Assembly: GCA_017880805.1 (NCBI GenBank)
Contig: JADGRP010000260.1
Location: forward strand, 588-64,587
DNA: 64,000 bases
Direction of reading: 5' to 3'
Source: Burkholderiales bacterium
GTDB lineage: Bacteria; Pseudomonadota; Gammaproteobacteria; Burkholderiales; Casimicrobiaceae
Below the pieces are notes generated by a model, which was not told where the DNA came from, did no database searches, and saw nothing but the letters and a program-made list of their open reading frames with translations. The translations under genes were made by a program, and so were the position numbers. Shown piece after piece: positions 26,913 to 35,047 of this stretch. Positions within the stretch are counted from its first letter, which is position 1. Each line of letters starts with the position of its first letter.

Positions 26913-28171
26913 CGGTCCGCGTTTCCCGTGCCGTTTGCCGATCTGACCGAAGGTCCCGTTCGCGCCGGAGTCGCATCCGCCGTCGCCTCCACTGCCATCG
27001 TCTCGAGCACCCTGGATGCGATGACCAGTTTCAGCACTTCGCTCGCGCCCTCGTAGATGCGCAGCGCTCGAATTTCACGATAGAGCCGTTCCACGGTCAT
27101 TCCGCGTACCACGCCCAGGCCGCCGAAGATCTGCACTGCCGCGTCGATGACTTGCTGCGCAGATTCGGTGGCGAACAGCTTCGCGATCGAGGCCTCACGC
27201 GTAATGCGCGCGCCCAAAACGTCCCGGGTCCAGGCCGCCCGATAGACGAGCAGCGCGGCGGCGTCGACGGATACCGCCATGTCGCCGAGCTTGGCCTGGG
27301 TCAACTGGAACTCGGCCAGCGCTCTGCCGAACATGCGCCGCTTCAGCGCCCACAGCGTTGCCTCGTCGAATGCTCGCCGTGCGAAGCCCAGCGCCGCGGC
27401 GCCCACCGTGGACCGGAAAACATCGAGCGTGGCCATGGCGATCTTGAAGCCCTCGCCCGCGTTTCCCAACAGACCATCGGCCGGAACCCGGCACTCAGTG
27501 AAGCGCAGCATACCCAACGGGTGCGGGGCGATGACATCGATGCGCTCTGACGCATCCAGCCCCGGCGTGTCGGAATCGACGATGAAGGCTGACAAACCCT
27601 TGGTTCCGGGCCCCTCGCCTGTGCGAGCGAAGACGACGTAGCAATCGGCGAGACCGGCGTTGGAGATCCAGGTCTTCACCCCATCGAGGCGCCAGGAATC
27701 GCCGTCGCGCGACGCGCGGGTAGCGATGGCACCGACGTCCGATCCCGCGTCCGGTTCCGACAACGCGAAGGCACCGACAATGGTTCCGCTGGCTATCCCT
27801 GGCAGGATCGCCCGCTTTTGATCGTCGCTGCCAAACAACGTGATCGGGGTGCTGGAGAGACCCTGCATGGCAAATGCGAAATCGGCGAGGCCCGAGGCCC
27901 GTCCCAGAATCTCCCGTGCGAGGCACAAGCTGCGCACGTCGATTTTTTCACGCACGCCGCCATACGCGGCGGGAACGCAAGCGCGCAACAATCCGGCGGC
28001 CCCGAGTTCGCCAACCAGCCGCCCGACGCAGTCGTAGACCGCGTCGAGGTCACCATCTGCCCCAACGAGCAAGGGCGGGAGCACCTCGGCCGCCCACCGC
28101 TCGAAGTCGCGCGCCTGCTGGCGATGGCCGTCGTCGAAAAACGGCCACGCAAGGAAGCTCTGATCGGCCAT
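26909..28171 (-). CDS. Acyl-CoA dehydrogenase (FAD)
   Basis: ORF 26909..28609 trimmed to the ATG at 28171 (1-nt overlap with the upstream stop); 420 aa. [17 protein letters not shown], and a C-terminal catalytic-Glu region YEGASEV. Confidence 0.85.
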   Translation of the reverse strand: MADQSFLAWPFFDDGHRQQARDFERWAAEVLPPLLVGADGDLDAVYDCVGRLVGELGAAGLLRACVPAAYGGVREKIDVRSLCLAREILGRASGLADFAFAMQGLSSTPITLFGSDDQKRAILPGIASGTIVGAFALSEPDAGSDVGAIATRASRDGDSWRLDGVKTWISNAGLADCYVVFARTGEGPGTKGLSAFIVDSDTPGLDASERIDVIAPHPLGMLRFTECRVPADGLLGNAGEGFKIAMATLDVFRSTVGAAALGFARRAFDEATLWALKRRMFGRALAEFQLTQAKLGDMAVSVDAAALLVYRAAWTRDVLGARITREASIAKLFATESAQQVIDAAVQIFGGLGVVRGMTVERLYREIRALRIYEGASEVLKLVIASRVLETMAVEATADATPARTGPSVRSANGTGNADR

Positions 28172-28989
28172 CAGTTGCCTTCGAATACGGGCTTCTGTTT
28201 GGCCACGAAGGCGTGGTAGGCGCGCTTGAAGTCCTGCGTCTGCATGCAAATCGCCTGCGCCTGGGCTTCTGCCTCGATGCATTCGCCGAGGCCGGAACTC
28301 CACTCCTGCCACAACATGGTCTTGGTCATCGCGTGTCCGAAGGTCGGGCCGTTGGCCAGGCTCACGGCCATCGCCGTCGCTTCCTCGAGCAACTTCTCGG
28401 GCTCGACGAGCCGATTGTAGAAGCCGAAGCGCTCCGCCTCCTCGCCCCCGACGACGCGTCCGGTGTAGAGCAGATCGGCGGCACGCGACAGCCCGATCAA
28501 GCGGGGCAGCAGCGTGCATGCGCCCATGTCGGCGGCGGCAAGGCCCACCCGGACAAACAGGAAGGCGAGCTTGCTGCGGGCCGTAGCGTAGCGCAGGTCC
28601 GAGGCGCAAGCCACCAGCGCGCCAGCACCAGTGCAGACGCCGTCGATGGCAGCGATGATCGGCTGCGGACAGCCACGCATAGCCTTGACCAGGTCGCCCG
28701 TCATGCGCGTGAAGGCGAGCAAGTCGGGCATGTCCATTTGCACCAGCTTGCCGATGATGTCGTGGACGTCGCCGCCGGAGCAGAAATTGCCACCTTCGCC
28801 GCCGAACACGATGGCCTTGACGTCGGTGGCATAAACCATCTCGCGGAACAGGTCGCGCAATTCGCCATAGGACTCGACCGTGAGCGGATTCTTGCGCTCG
28901 GGCCGGTTGAGCGTGATCGTGGCGACCTTGCCCGAGACCGAATAGCCGAAGTGGGCAGCCTTGTAATTTGCAAGTTGGATGCGTTTCAT
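28171..28989 (-). CDS. Enoyl-CoA hydratase/isomerase (crotonase) family protein
   Basis: 272 aa. [19 protein letters not shown], oxyanion-hole region [17 protein letters not shown]. Confidence 0.85.
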   Translation of the reverse strand: MKRIQLANYKAAHFGYSVSGKVATITLNRPERKNPLTVESYGELRDLFREMVYATDVKAIVFGGEGGNFCSGGDVHDIIGKLVQMDMPDLLAFTRMTGDLVKAMRGCPQPIIAAIDGVCTGAGALVACASDLRYATARSKLAFLFVRVGLAAADMGACTLLPRLIGLSRAADLLYTGRVVGGEEAERFGFYNRLVEPEKLLEEATAMAVSLANGPTFGHAMTKTMLWQEWSSGLGECIEAEAQAQAICMQTQDFKRAYHAFVAKQKPVFEGN

Positions 28990-29023
28990 GTTCGTTTCGC
29001 TCCTTGCAGCGCGGATTGGTAGA

Positions 29024-29770
29024 TTAGCCGACCATCGTCAAACCGCCGCTGACACTCAAGACCTGTCCAGTGATGTAGCTGGAGCGGTCGCTGGCGAAGA
29101 ACACAACGGCATCAGCGATTTCGGAAGGCTTTCCGAATCGCCGAAACGGAATGGCTTTCTTGAACGCTTCCAGGTGCTTCTCCGGCACCGCGAACAACAG
29201 CGGCGTCTCGGTGGGACCCGGGCAGACGCAGTTGACATTGATGTTGTAGCGGGCCGTTTCGCGGGCCAGCGATTTGGTGAAGGCGATGAGCCCGCCCTTG
29301 GCGCCCGAGTAAATAGTCTCACCTAGGCTGCCGACGCGACCGGCATCGCTGGCGATATTGACGATTTTGCCGCTGCCGCGCTCCATCATCTTGGGCAGCA
29401 GGGCTTTAACGAGTTTCATCGGCCCGACGAAGTTCAGCGAGATCAGCTTTTCCCACAGATCGGGGGTGCATTCCCAAAACGGCTTGGTCTGGCCCCAGCC
29501 GGCGCCGTTCACGAGAATATCGACCGCACCGACCTTGGCATGAACAGCCTCCGCGAAGGCGTTGATGGAAGCCTCGCTGGTCAGATCGACGAGCAGGAAC
29601 TCGGCCCTTTGTCCCTTTGCGCGAATAGCGGCGGCTGCCGCTTCACCCTTTTCTCTCGCCACGTCGGCGACGATGACCGTCGCTCCGCCCTCGGCAAGCG
29701 CCTCGGCTGTTGCTTGGCCGATGCCGGACGCGGCACCGGTGACGACGGCCATCTTGTCTTTGAAGCTCAT
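29024..29770 (-). CDS. Short-chain dehydrogenase/reductase (3-hydroxyacyl-CoA / BadH-like)
   Basis: ORF 29024..30097 trimmed to the ATG at 29770 (ATGA overlap with the upstream stop); 248 aa. [21 protein letters not shown] (YxxxK). Confidence 0.85.
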   Translation of the reverse strand: MSFKDKMAVVTGAASGIGQATAEALAEGGATVIVADVAREKGEAAAAAIRAKGQRAEFLLVDLTSEASINAFAEAVHAKVGAVDILVNGAGWGQTKPFWECTPDLWEKLISLNFVGPMKLVKALLPKMMERGSGKIVNIASDAGRVGSLGETIYSGAKGGLIAFTKSLARETARYNINVNCVCPGPTETPLLFAVPEKHLEAFKKAIPFRRFGKPSEIADAVVFFASDRSSYITGQVLSVSGGLTMVG

Positions 29771-30549
29771 GGGCTCTCCTTCGTTATTTTCGCGTGACGC
29801 TTGTTTAGGAATTCGGAGACCTTTGCCACGGTCTCGCGGTGGTCGTAAAGACTTCGCGTGGCGGTGATTTCCTCGGCGAACCCATCCCGGCTCGGATCGG
29901 CTTCGGCATGAATGCAACGTTTGCTCATGACCAGCGCGGCTTTGGGCATACGACTCAGACGCGCCGCCAGCTCGCGTGTCCAGCCCGCGAGCTGTTCGCG
30001 TGGCCGCACCCATTGCACAATCCCCAGACGCAGAGCTTCCGCACCGTCGATCAGTTCCGCGCCAAGTATCAGGCGCTTCGAGGTCCCCTGACCGCATAAC
30101 CGGGTCAGCCGCTGGGTACCGCCCGCCGCTGGAATCAGGCCCAGCCCGACCTCTGGCAGCCCCAACATGGCGTCAACCGCGGCGACTCGCAGATCGCAAG
30201 CAAGCGCCAGTTCCAGCCCCCCGCCCATCGCCGCGCCACCGATTTCCGCGAGCGTGACGACGGCGGCGGTCTCAAGGCGCATGAAGAGCCGCTGCATGCT
30301 CCGCACCACGTCGACCATCGTACTGCGGCCTTCCGAGTTGGCGAAACACGATCGCATCAGAGCAAGGTCGGCGCCGGCGCAGAAGCTCTGCTGGTCGCTG
30401 CGGATATGCAGCACTGCAATCTCCGGGTCGGCGGTCACCTCGTCGATCACCGCGTCGAGGCGTGCGATCAACTCGCCATCGAGCGCGTTGACGGGCGGTC
30501 GGGCGAGTGTGGCGACCACGACGCGGCCGACTCGTTCGGTAGCAAGCAT
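29767..30549 (-). CDS. Enoyl-CoA hydratase/isomerase (crotonase) family protein
   Basis: ORF 29767..30576 has a TTG start; the ATG at 30549 is preceded by AGGA. ATLARPPVNAL, FCAGADL, GGAMGGGLELALACD. Confidence 0.82.
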   Translation of the reverse strand: MLATERVGRVVVATLARPPVNALDGELIARLDAVIDEVTADPEIAVLHIRSDQQSFCAGADLALMRSCFANSEGRSTMVDVVRSMQRLFMRLETAAVVTLAEIGGAAMGGGLELALACDLRVAAVDAMLGLPEVGLGLIPAAGGTQRLTRLCGQGTSKRLILGAELIDGAEALRLGIVQWVRPREQLAGWTRELAARLSRMPKAALVMSKRCIHAEADPSRDGFAEEITATRSLYDHRETVAKVSEFLNKRHAKITKESP

Positions 30550-30627
30550 CTGTTCGATCCTAATGCTGCGCGGCAACAGCGAAGCTGCCCGGGGAATTCG
30601 CTTTTCTTATCTTCATCCAGAACTTTT

Positions 30628-31347
30628 TCAGGCGAGCGCCACCAGTCGATCGAGCACCGCAGCATCGGCCAGCAAGTCGTTGCTGGACGCGTGATGGACC
30701 ACCCGGCCGCGATCGAGGACGATCGCCTGCGTGGTTAACGCAAGCGCGACACGGGCGTGCTGCTCGACGATGATCACGGCGAACTCGCCCGTGCAGACCA
30801 GATCCTGGATCACTTTGACTACTGCCCTCACATTGACCGGCGCGAGCCCTTCCATCGGTTCATCGAGCAGCAGCACGCTCGGATTGGTCATCAGCGCGCG
30901 CGCGATCGCCAGCATTTGTTGCTCTCCTCCGGACAACTGATTGCCGAGATTGCGCCTGCGCTCCGCGAGTCCCGGAAAGGCCAGGTAGATCCGTGCCAGA
31001 TCCCATGGGCCCCGGCGCGCCACGACGTTCAGGTGCTCCTCCACGGTGAGCGATGGGAAACATAAGCGCTCCTGCGGCACCCAGCCCAATCCGCAACGCG
31101 CGCGCAGGTAGGTCGGCTCGCGGGATATGTCCCTGCCGCGCATGAGGAGTCGGCCCCGTCTGAGACGAGTCAGCCCCATCAGCGTAAGGAGCAGCGTGGT
31201 CTTGCCGACACCGTTGCGGCCAAGAAGCGCAAGACTGCCGCCTTGCTCCAGCGCAAAGGAAACCCCTTCCAGCACGATCGACTCGCCGTAGCCAGCGAAC
31301 AGTCCTTCGGCCACGAGGAGTTCAGGCACAAACCGCCCCCAAAGCAT
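30628..31347 (-). CDS. Orphan branched-chain-type (LivF-like) ABC ATP-binding protein
   Basis: 239 aa. Walker A GRNGVGKTT, signature LSGGEQQ, Walker B LLLDEP. No cognate permease or LivG-like genes adjacent. Alternative GTG start at 31329, preceded by GGGGG. Confidence 0.8.
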   Translation of the reverse strand: MLWGRFVPELLVAEGLFAGYGESIVLEGVSFALEQGGSLALLGRNGVGKTTLLLTLMGLTRLRRGRLLMRGRDISREPTYLRARCGLGWVPQERLCFPSLTVEEHLNVVARRGPWDLARIYLAFPGLAERRRNLGNQLSGGEQQMLAIARALMTNPSVLLLDEPMEGLAPVNVRAVVKVIQDLVCTGEFAVIIVEQHARVALALTTQAIVLDRGRVVHHASSNDLLADAAVLDRLVALA

Positions 31348-31402
31348 TCATCCGGCTCATGCCTCGACCTCCGCACGATTTGCGCGAATCCAATACATTC
31401 CG

Positions 31403-31479
31403 TGTCGGCCTCATGCGTCTCCGGCCTCCTCAACGTTCGACGAAGTTTGAATCGCCGAGTAGTCGGCCTCAAGCGTCGA
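31403..31479 (-). repeat. REP-like unit B (inverted copy of 22028..22090)
   Basis: ccggcctcctcaacgttcgacgaagtttgaatcgccgagtagtcggcctcaagcgtcgac aligns to the reverse complement of the 22 kb copy. It is flanked by a direct 16-mer gtcggcctca(t/a)gcgtc at 31404-31419 and 31463-31478. Confidence 0.75.
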
Positions 31480-31606
31480 CTCGCAATTCCCCGTCGATCC
31501 CCATGCTACGCACGGGGCCCCGCGCCGGGAGGCTCGCGACGCTACTCGCAATTCCCCGTCGATCCCCGTGCTACGCACGGGGCCCCGCGCCGGGTGGCTC
31601 ACGCCG
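31480..31606 (-). repeat. Two tandem 65-bp REP-like unit A copies
   Basis: ctcgcaattccccgtcgatcccc(a/g)tgctacgcacggggccccgcgccggg(a/t)ggctc... starts at 31480 and again at 31545. Each copy carries a hairpin CCCC(A/G)TG-ctacg-CACGGGG. The array ends exactly at the stop codon of the solute-binding-protein gene (31607). Confidence 0.85.
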
Positions 31607-32782
31607 CTACTTTCCCGGGTCCTTCTGGTCCGGGAACTTGTCGAACTCCACGTTGTACAAGCCGCCGGACGTTTTCTCGACCTTGCGGATGTACACGGTC
31701 TGCACGACGTCGCGCGTGTCCGGATCGATCATGATCGGCCCGCGCGGGCTCATGAGCTTCATGCCCTTCATCGCCGCGATCAGCTTGTCGCCGTCGGTCG
31801 AACCGCTCGTCTTCTTCAGCGCCTCGTAGATCGCCGCCATGCCGTCGTAGCCGGCCGCGGCCATGAAGTTCGGACGCAGCTTGCCGCCGTTGGCGTCGGC
31901 GTAGGCTTTGACAAACGCCTTATTCTCCGGCGAATCGTGCGCGGCCGAGTAATGAAAGCTGGTGATCAGCCCGACGGTCGAGTCGCCCATCGTTTCGAGC
32001 ACGCCGTCGTCGGTGATGTCGCCGGTGGCGATCAGCTTGATGCCCGCCTGCTTCAGTCCGCGCTCCTCGTAGCCCTTCATGAACGCAATCCCCTGCTCGC
32101 CCGCCGGCAGGAACAGGAACACCGCTTCCGGCCTGGCGTCCTTCACCCGCTGGATGAACGGCCCGAAGTCAGGGTTCTGCAGCGGCGTGTGCACGCTGCC
32201 GACGATCTCGCCGCCGCCGGCCTTGAACGCCTCGGTGAATGCCTTTTCCGAATCGAGCCCTGGACCGTAATCGGCGACTACGGTGTAGACCTTCTTGATG
32301 CCGTTCTTGGCCGCCCACACCGCCATCGGTTGCGTCACCTGCGGCAGCGTCATCGAAACGCGCACGATGTAAGGCGACTTGGTGGTGATGATCGAGGTCG
32401 CCGCGTTCATGATCACCATCAGCTTCTTCGCTTCGCTCGCCACCGGCGCCACCGCCAGCGCGTTCGGCGTCAGCCCGAAACCGACCAGAATGTCCACGTT
32501 ATCCCGCGTGACGAGCTCCTGCGCCAGACGCTTGGCCACGTCCGGCGACGGGCCGGTCGTGTCCTTCTGCACGATCTCGATCTTCTTGCCGGCAACGCTG
32601 TCGCCATGCAGCTTCATGTACGCGTTCATCCCCCCCAGGATCTGCTGCCCGTACTGCGCGAAGGGCCCCGAGAACTCGGCCACCAGCCCCAGCTTGACGA
32701 CGTTCTGCGCCGACACGGCGCCGGCGACGGCGAATAGTGCAGCAATGATCAAGGCGCTTCTGACAAGGTATCGGCAATGCAT
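31607..32782 (-). CDS. ABC transporter periplasmic solute-binding protein (LivK/Leu-Ile-Val-binding family type)
   Basis: 391 aa, signal peptide (LIIAALFAVAGAVSAQ). Family-I PBP pattern VKLGLVAEFSGPFAQYG..., SD GGAG. Confidence 0.85.
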   Translation of the reverse strand: MHCRYLVRSALIIAALFAVAGAVSAQNVVKLGLVAEFSGPFAQYGQQILGGMNAYMKLHGDSVAGKKIEIVQKDTTGPSPDVAKRLAQELVTRDNVDILVGFGLTPNALAVAPVASEAKKLMVIMNAATSIITTKSPYIVRVSMTLPQVTQPMAVWAAKNGIKKVYTVVADYGPGLDSEKAFTEAFKAGGGEIVGSVHTPLQNPDFGPFIQRVKDARPEAVFLFLPAGEQGIAFMKGYEERGLKQAGIKLIATGDITDDGVLETMGDSTVGLITSFHYSAAHDSPENKAFVKAYADANGGKLRPNFMAAAGYDGMAAIYEALKKTSGSTDGDKLIAAMKGMKLMSPRGPIMIDPDTRDVVQTVYIRKVEKTSGGLYNVEFDKFPDQKDPGK

Positions 32783-32822
32783 GTGAGTCTCCGGTTATCG
32801 ATGGTGATGCAATGGGGTTGAT

Positions 32823-34997
32823 TCAATCTTCGGTCGCCGCTTCGGCGGCGAGTGTGGCGTGCAGATCGCGCAACCGCCGGCGTACCAGTTTGCCGGTCGG
32901 CGTGCGTGGCAGCGCCTCGACCGGATGCAGCCAGCGCGGTCGCTGATAGGGTGGAAGGCGGTCGGCATGGTCGCGCAGCGTCGCCGCATCGAGCACCGGA
33001 GCGCCTGGCTCCGCGACGAAGAACAGCGCGACCGCATCGACGCCGTCGGCATCGGGAACCGTGACCGCGGCCGCCTCGGCGATGCCGGGGCACGTGAGCG
33101 CAATCCGCTGCTCGAGTTCGACGAGATCGACCCAGCGGCCGTACACCTTGACCAGCGAATCGTCGCGCCCGGCGAAGCGCCAGCCGCCGCCGTCCACGCG
33201 CTCGAACAGGTCCGACGGCGCGAACGCACCGTCAAGGAAGTGAGCGGCCTGCGCGTCGGGGCGGTTCCAGTAGCCGAGCGCAATGGTCGAGCCGCGAATC
33301 AAGATGCGCCCAGGCGCTTCGGGCGCCGGCGATCCGGGTTGCGACGCAGGGGCGCGCTCGTCGAGCGCAGTGACATCGATGCCCGGCGAGACGCGCAAGC
33401 CGTGGCCATCGTCGCTGTCAACGAGCACTAGCGCCAGCGTTTCCGAGGCGCCGAAGCCGTTGACGATCGTGCGTCCGAGCTGGCGCTTCCATTCGTCGCG
33501 CAATGTTGCCGGGAGCGCCTCCCCTGCCGAAACGTAGAGCCTCACGCCGCATTGCGCGAGCTGGCCGGCCAGGCCTTCCTTCAGCAGGTTGCGGTACAAC
33601 GACGGCACGCTGAACAGCACGTTCACGCGCCTCGCCATGATGGTCGCGACGACGCCTTGCGCGGTTGGCCATTGCGGATCGAGGATGATGGTCGCGCCGA
33701 CTTTGAGCCCGGTGAAGATGCAGTTCGCGAGCGGGTAGGCGAAGAACAGCTTCGAGCTCGCGTAGATGCGGTCGTCGGCGGTGAGCCCGAGCCGCTCGCG
33801 ACCGACGCGCTCGATCTCGCGCGCGATGCGCTGCGGATGCATAACGGCCTTCGGATGGCCGCTGGTGCCTGACGAGTGGACCCATAGCACGGGATCTTCG
33901 GGTCGCATCGGCTCCGCATCACTCGGTGCGGCATCCGCCATCTCCCGCCGCCAGTCGTCCAGCGAGACCACCTGCCTGCTCCACGGCGCCGGCGTGTCGT
34001 CGCCGGCTTCGGCGAGGATGAAAAGGAACCCCGCCGCATCCAGGATCGCAAGCCACTCGTTGGCAGGCACGCGCGGGTTCACGCCCACCACAACGCCACC
34101 GGCCCAGATCACGCCGAGGTAAGCGACGACCCAGTCGATACCGTCGGGCAGCTTGATCGCCACGCGATCGCCGCGCCCGACGCCGCGTGCACGCCATTTC
34201 GCCCCGGCTCGCGCAACCGCTGCACGAAGCTCGCCGCGGCTTATTTCCTCGGTGCCGCAGACCAGCGCCACGCGTGCGTCGTCGTGATCGGCCAGCAATA
34301 CCTGCGCGGCGTTCATCGTCGTGGCGGCCCCGGCCGCGAGTGGCGGCGGCTCGTGGCCCGCGCCGAGCAGGCCCGATTTGCCCTCGCGCCAGCGCGCCTG
34401 CTCGGTTTGAAGCAGCGCGGCGTGCTCGCGTTCCTCCGCCGCCAGCTCGCGGTACAACCGCTGTGCCGCAGATCCGGCCGCGGCGCTTGCGGCGGTCGCT
34501 TCGAAGAACGACGCGGCGCGCTCCTCCATGTCGATCGCGACGCGAAACAGATCCTCGGCATCACCGACACGGCGGTCGCGGCCTGCGAAAACGACCGCAT
34601 GCTCGACCGCATGCGCATCGAACACCGGCGCCAGGTCGACGTGGTAGCGACTCGCCAGCGTGTCCATGTGCTCCCGCTCCATTGCGGCGAAGCGGGCGAA
34701 GAGCTCGCGCAGCGCCGGGTCGGGCGCGCTCGCCACGGCACGGTGGTAGAAGGCCTGACCGCCAAGCTCGATCTCGAATGCCTTGCGCACGGCGTTCATC
34801 GCCGCCGCATCGCCGAGCGGGCCCGGATCGAACAGTTCAAGCTCGCCGCCGCACAGCGGGCATCCCCCGTAGGGAAACGCGAAGCCTTCGCTGACCTTGG
34901 CGCAGGACCGGCAGTGCCACCGCAGCGTCGCGCCCGCACAGCAAATGTACGGCTCGACGCCTTCGTCGAGCGGGCGATGGCATTTCGGGCAGAGCAT
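32823..34997 (-). CDS. Fusion protein: Zn-ribbon + rubrerythrin-like di-iron domain fused to an aryl-CoA (4-hydroxybenzoate/benzoate-type) AMP-forming ligase
   Basis: ORF 32823..35561 trimmed to the ATG at 34997, preceded by GAAGGAAG; 724 aa. N-terminus CPKCHRPL..CRSC..CPLCGG. Di-iron ligands E (EIELGGQAFY), ExxH (MEREH), E (DMEERAASFF), ExxH (EEREH). There is no stop before the ligase domain, which carries SSGTSGHPKAV, GFGASET, GRDDSLVKVYGRWV and PRTPTGK. Confidence 0.75.
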   Translation of the reverse strand: MLCPKCHRPLDEGVEPYICCAGATLRWHCRSCAKVSEGFAFPYGGCPLCGGELELFDPGPLGDAAAMNAVRKAFEIELGGQAFYHRAVASAPDPALRELFARFAAMEREHMDTLASRYHVDLAPVFDAHAVEHAVVFAGRDRRVGDAEDLFRVAIDMEERAASFFEATAASAAAGSAAQRLYRELAAEEREHAALLQTEQARWREGKSGLLGAGHEPPPLAAGAATTMNAAQVLLADHDDARVALVCGTEEISRGELRAAVARAGAKWRARGVGRGDRVAIKLPDGIDWVVAYLGVIWAGGVVVGVNPRVPANEWLAILDAAGFLFILAEAGDDTPAPWSRQVVSLDDWRREMADAAPSDAEPMRPEDPVLWVHSSGTSGHPKAVMHPQRIAREIERVGRERLGLTADDRIYASSKLFFAYPLANCIFTGLKVGATIILDPQWPTAQGVVATIMARRVNVLFSVPSLYRNLLKEGLAGQLAQCGVRLYVSAGEALPATLRDEWKRQLGRTIVNGFGASETLALVLVDSDDGHGLRVSPGIDVTALDERAPASQPGSPAPEAPGRILIRGSTIALGYWNRPDAQAAHFLDGAFAPSDLFERVDGGGWRFAGRDDSLVKVYGRWVDLVELEQRIALTCPGIAEAAAVTVPDADGVDAVALFFVAEPGAPVLDAATLRDHADRLPPYQRPRWLHPVEALPRTPTGKLVRRRLRDLHATLAAEAATED

Positions 34998-35047
34998 CGC
35001 TTCCTTCTTCACAGCGCGGCCTCGATGCGGTACACGTCCTCGCTCCG

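Noticed and set aside
31480-31606. Tandem 65-bp repeats considered as a possible CRISPR array
   Set aside because: There are only two directly abutting copies with no unique spacers and no cas genes in the window. A related unit occurs singly at 22.0 kb in inverted orientation, which fits a REP/MITE-like element rather than CRISPR.
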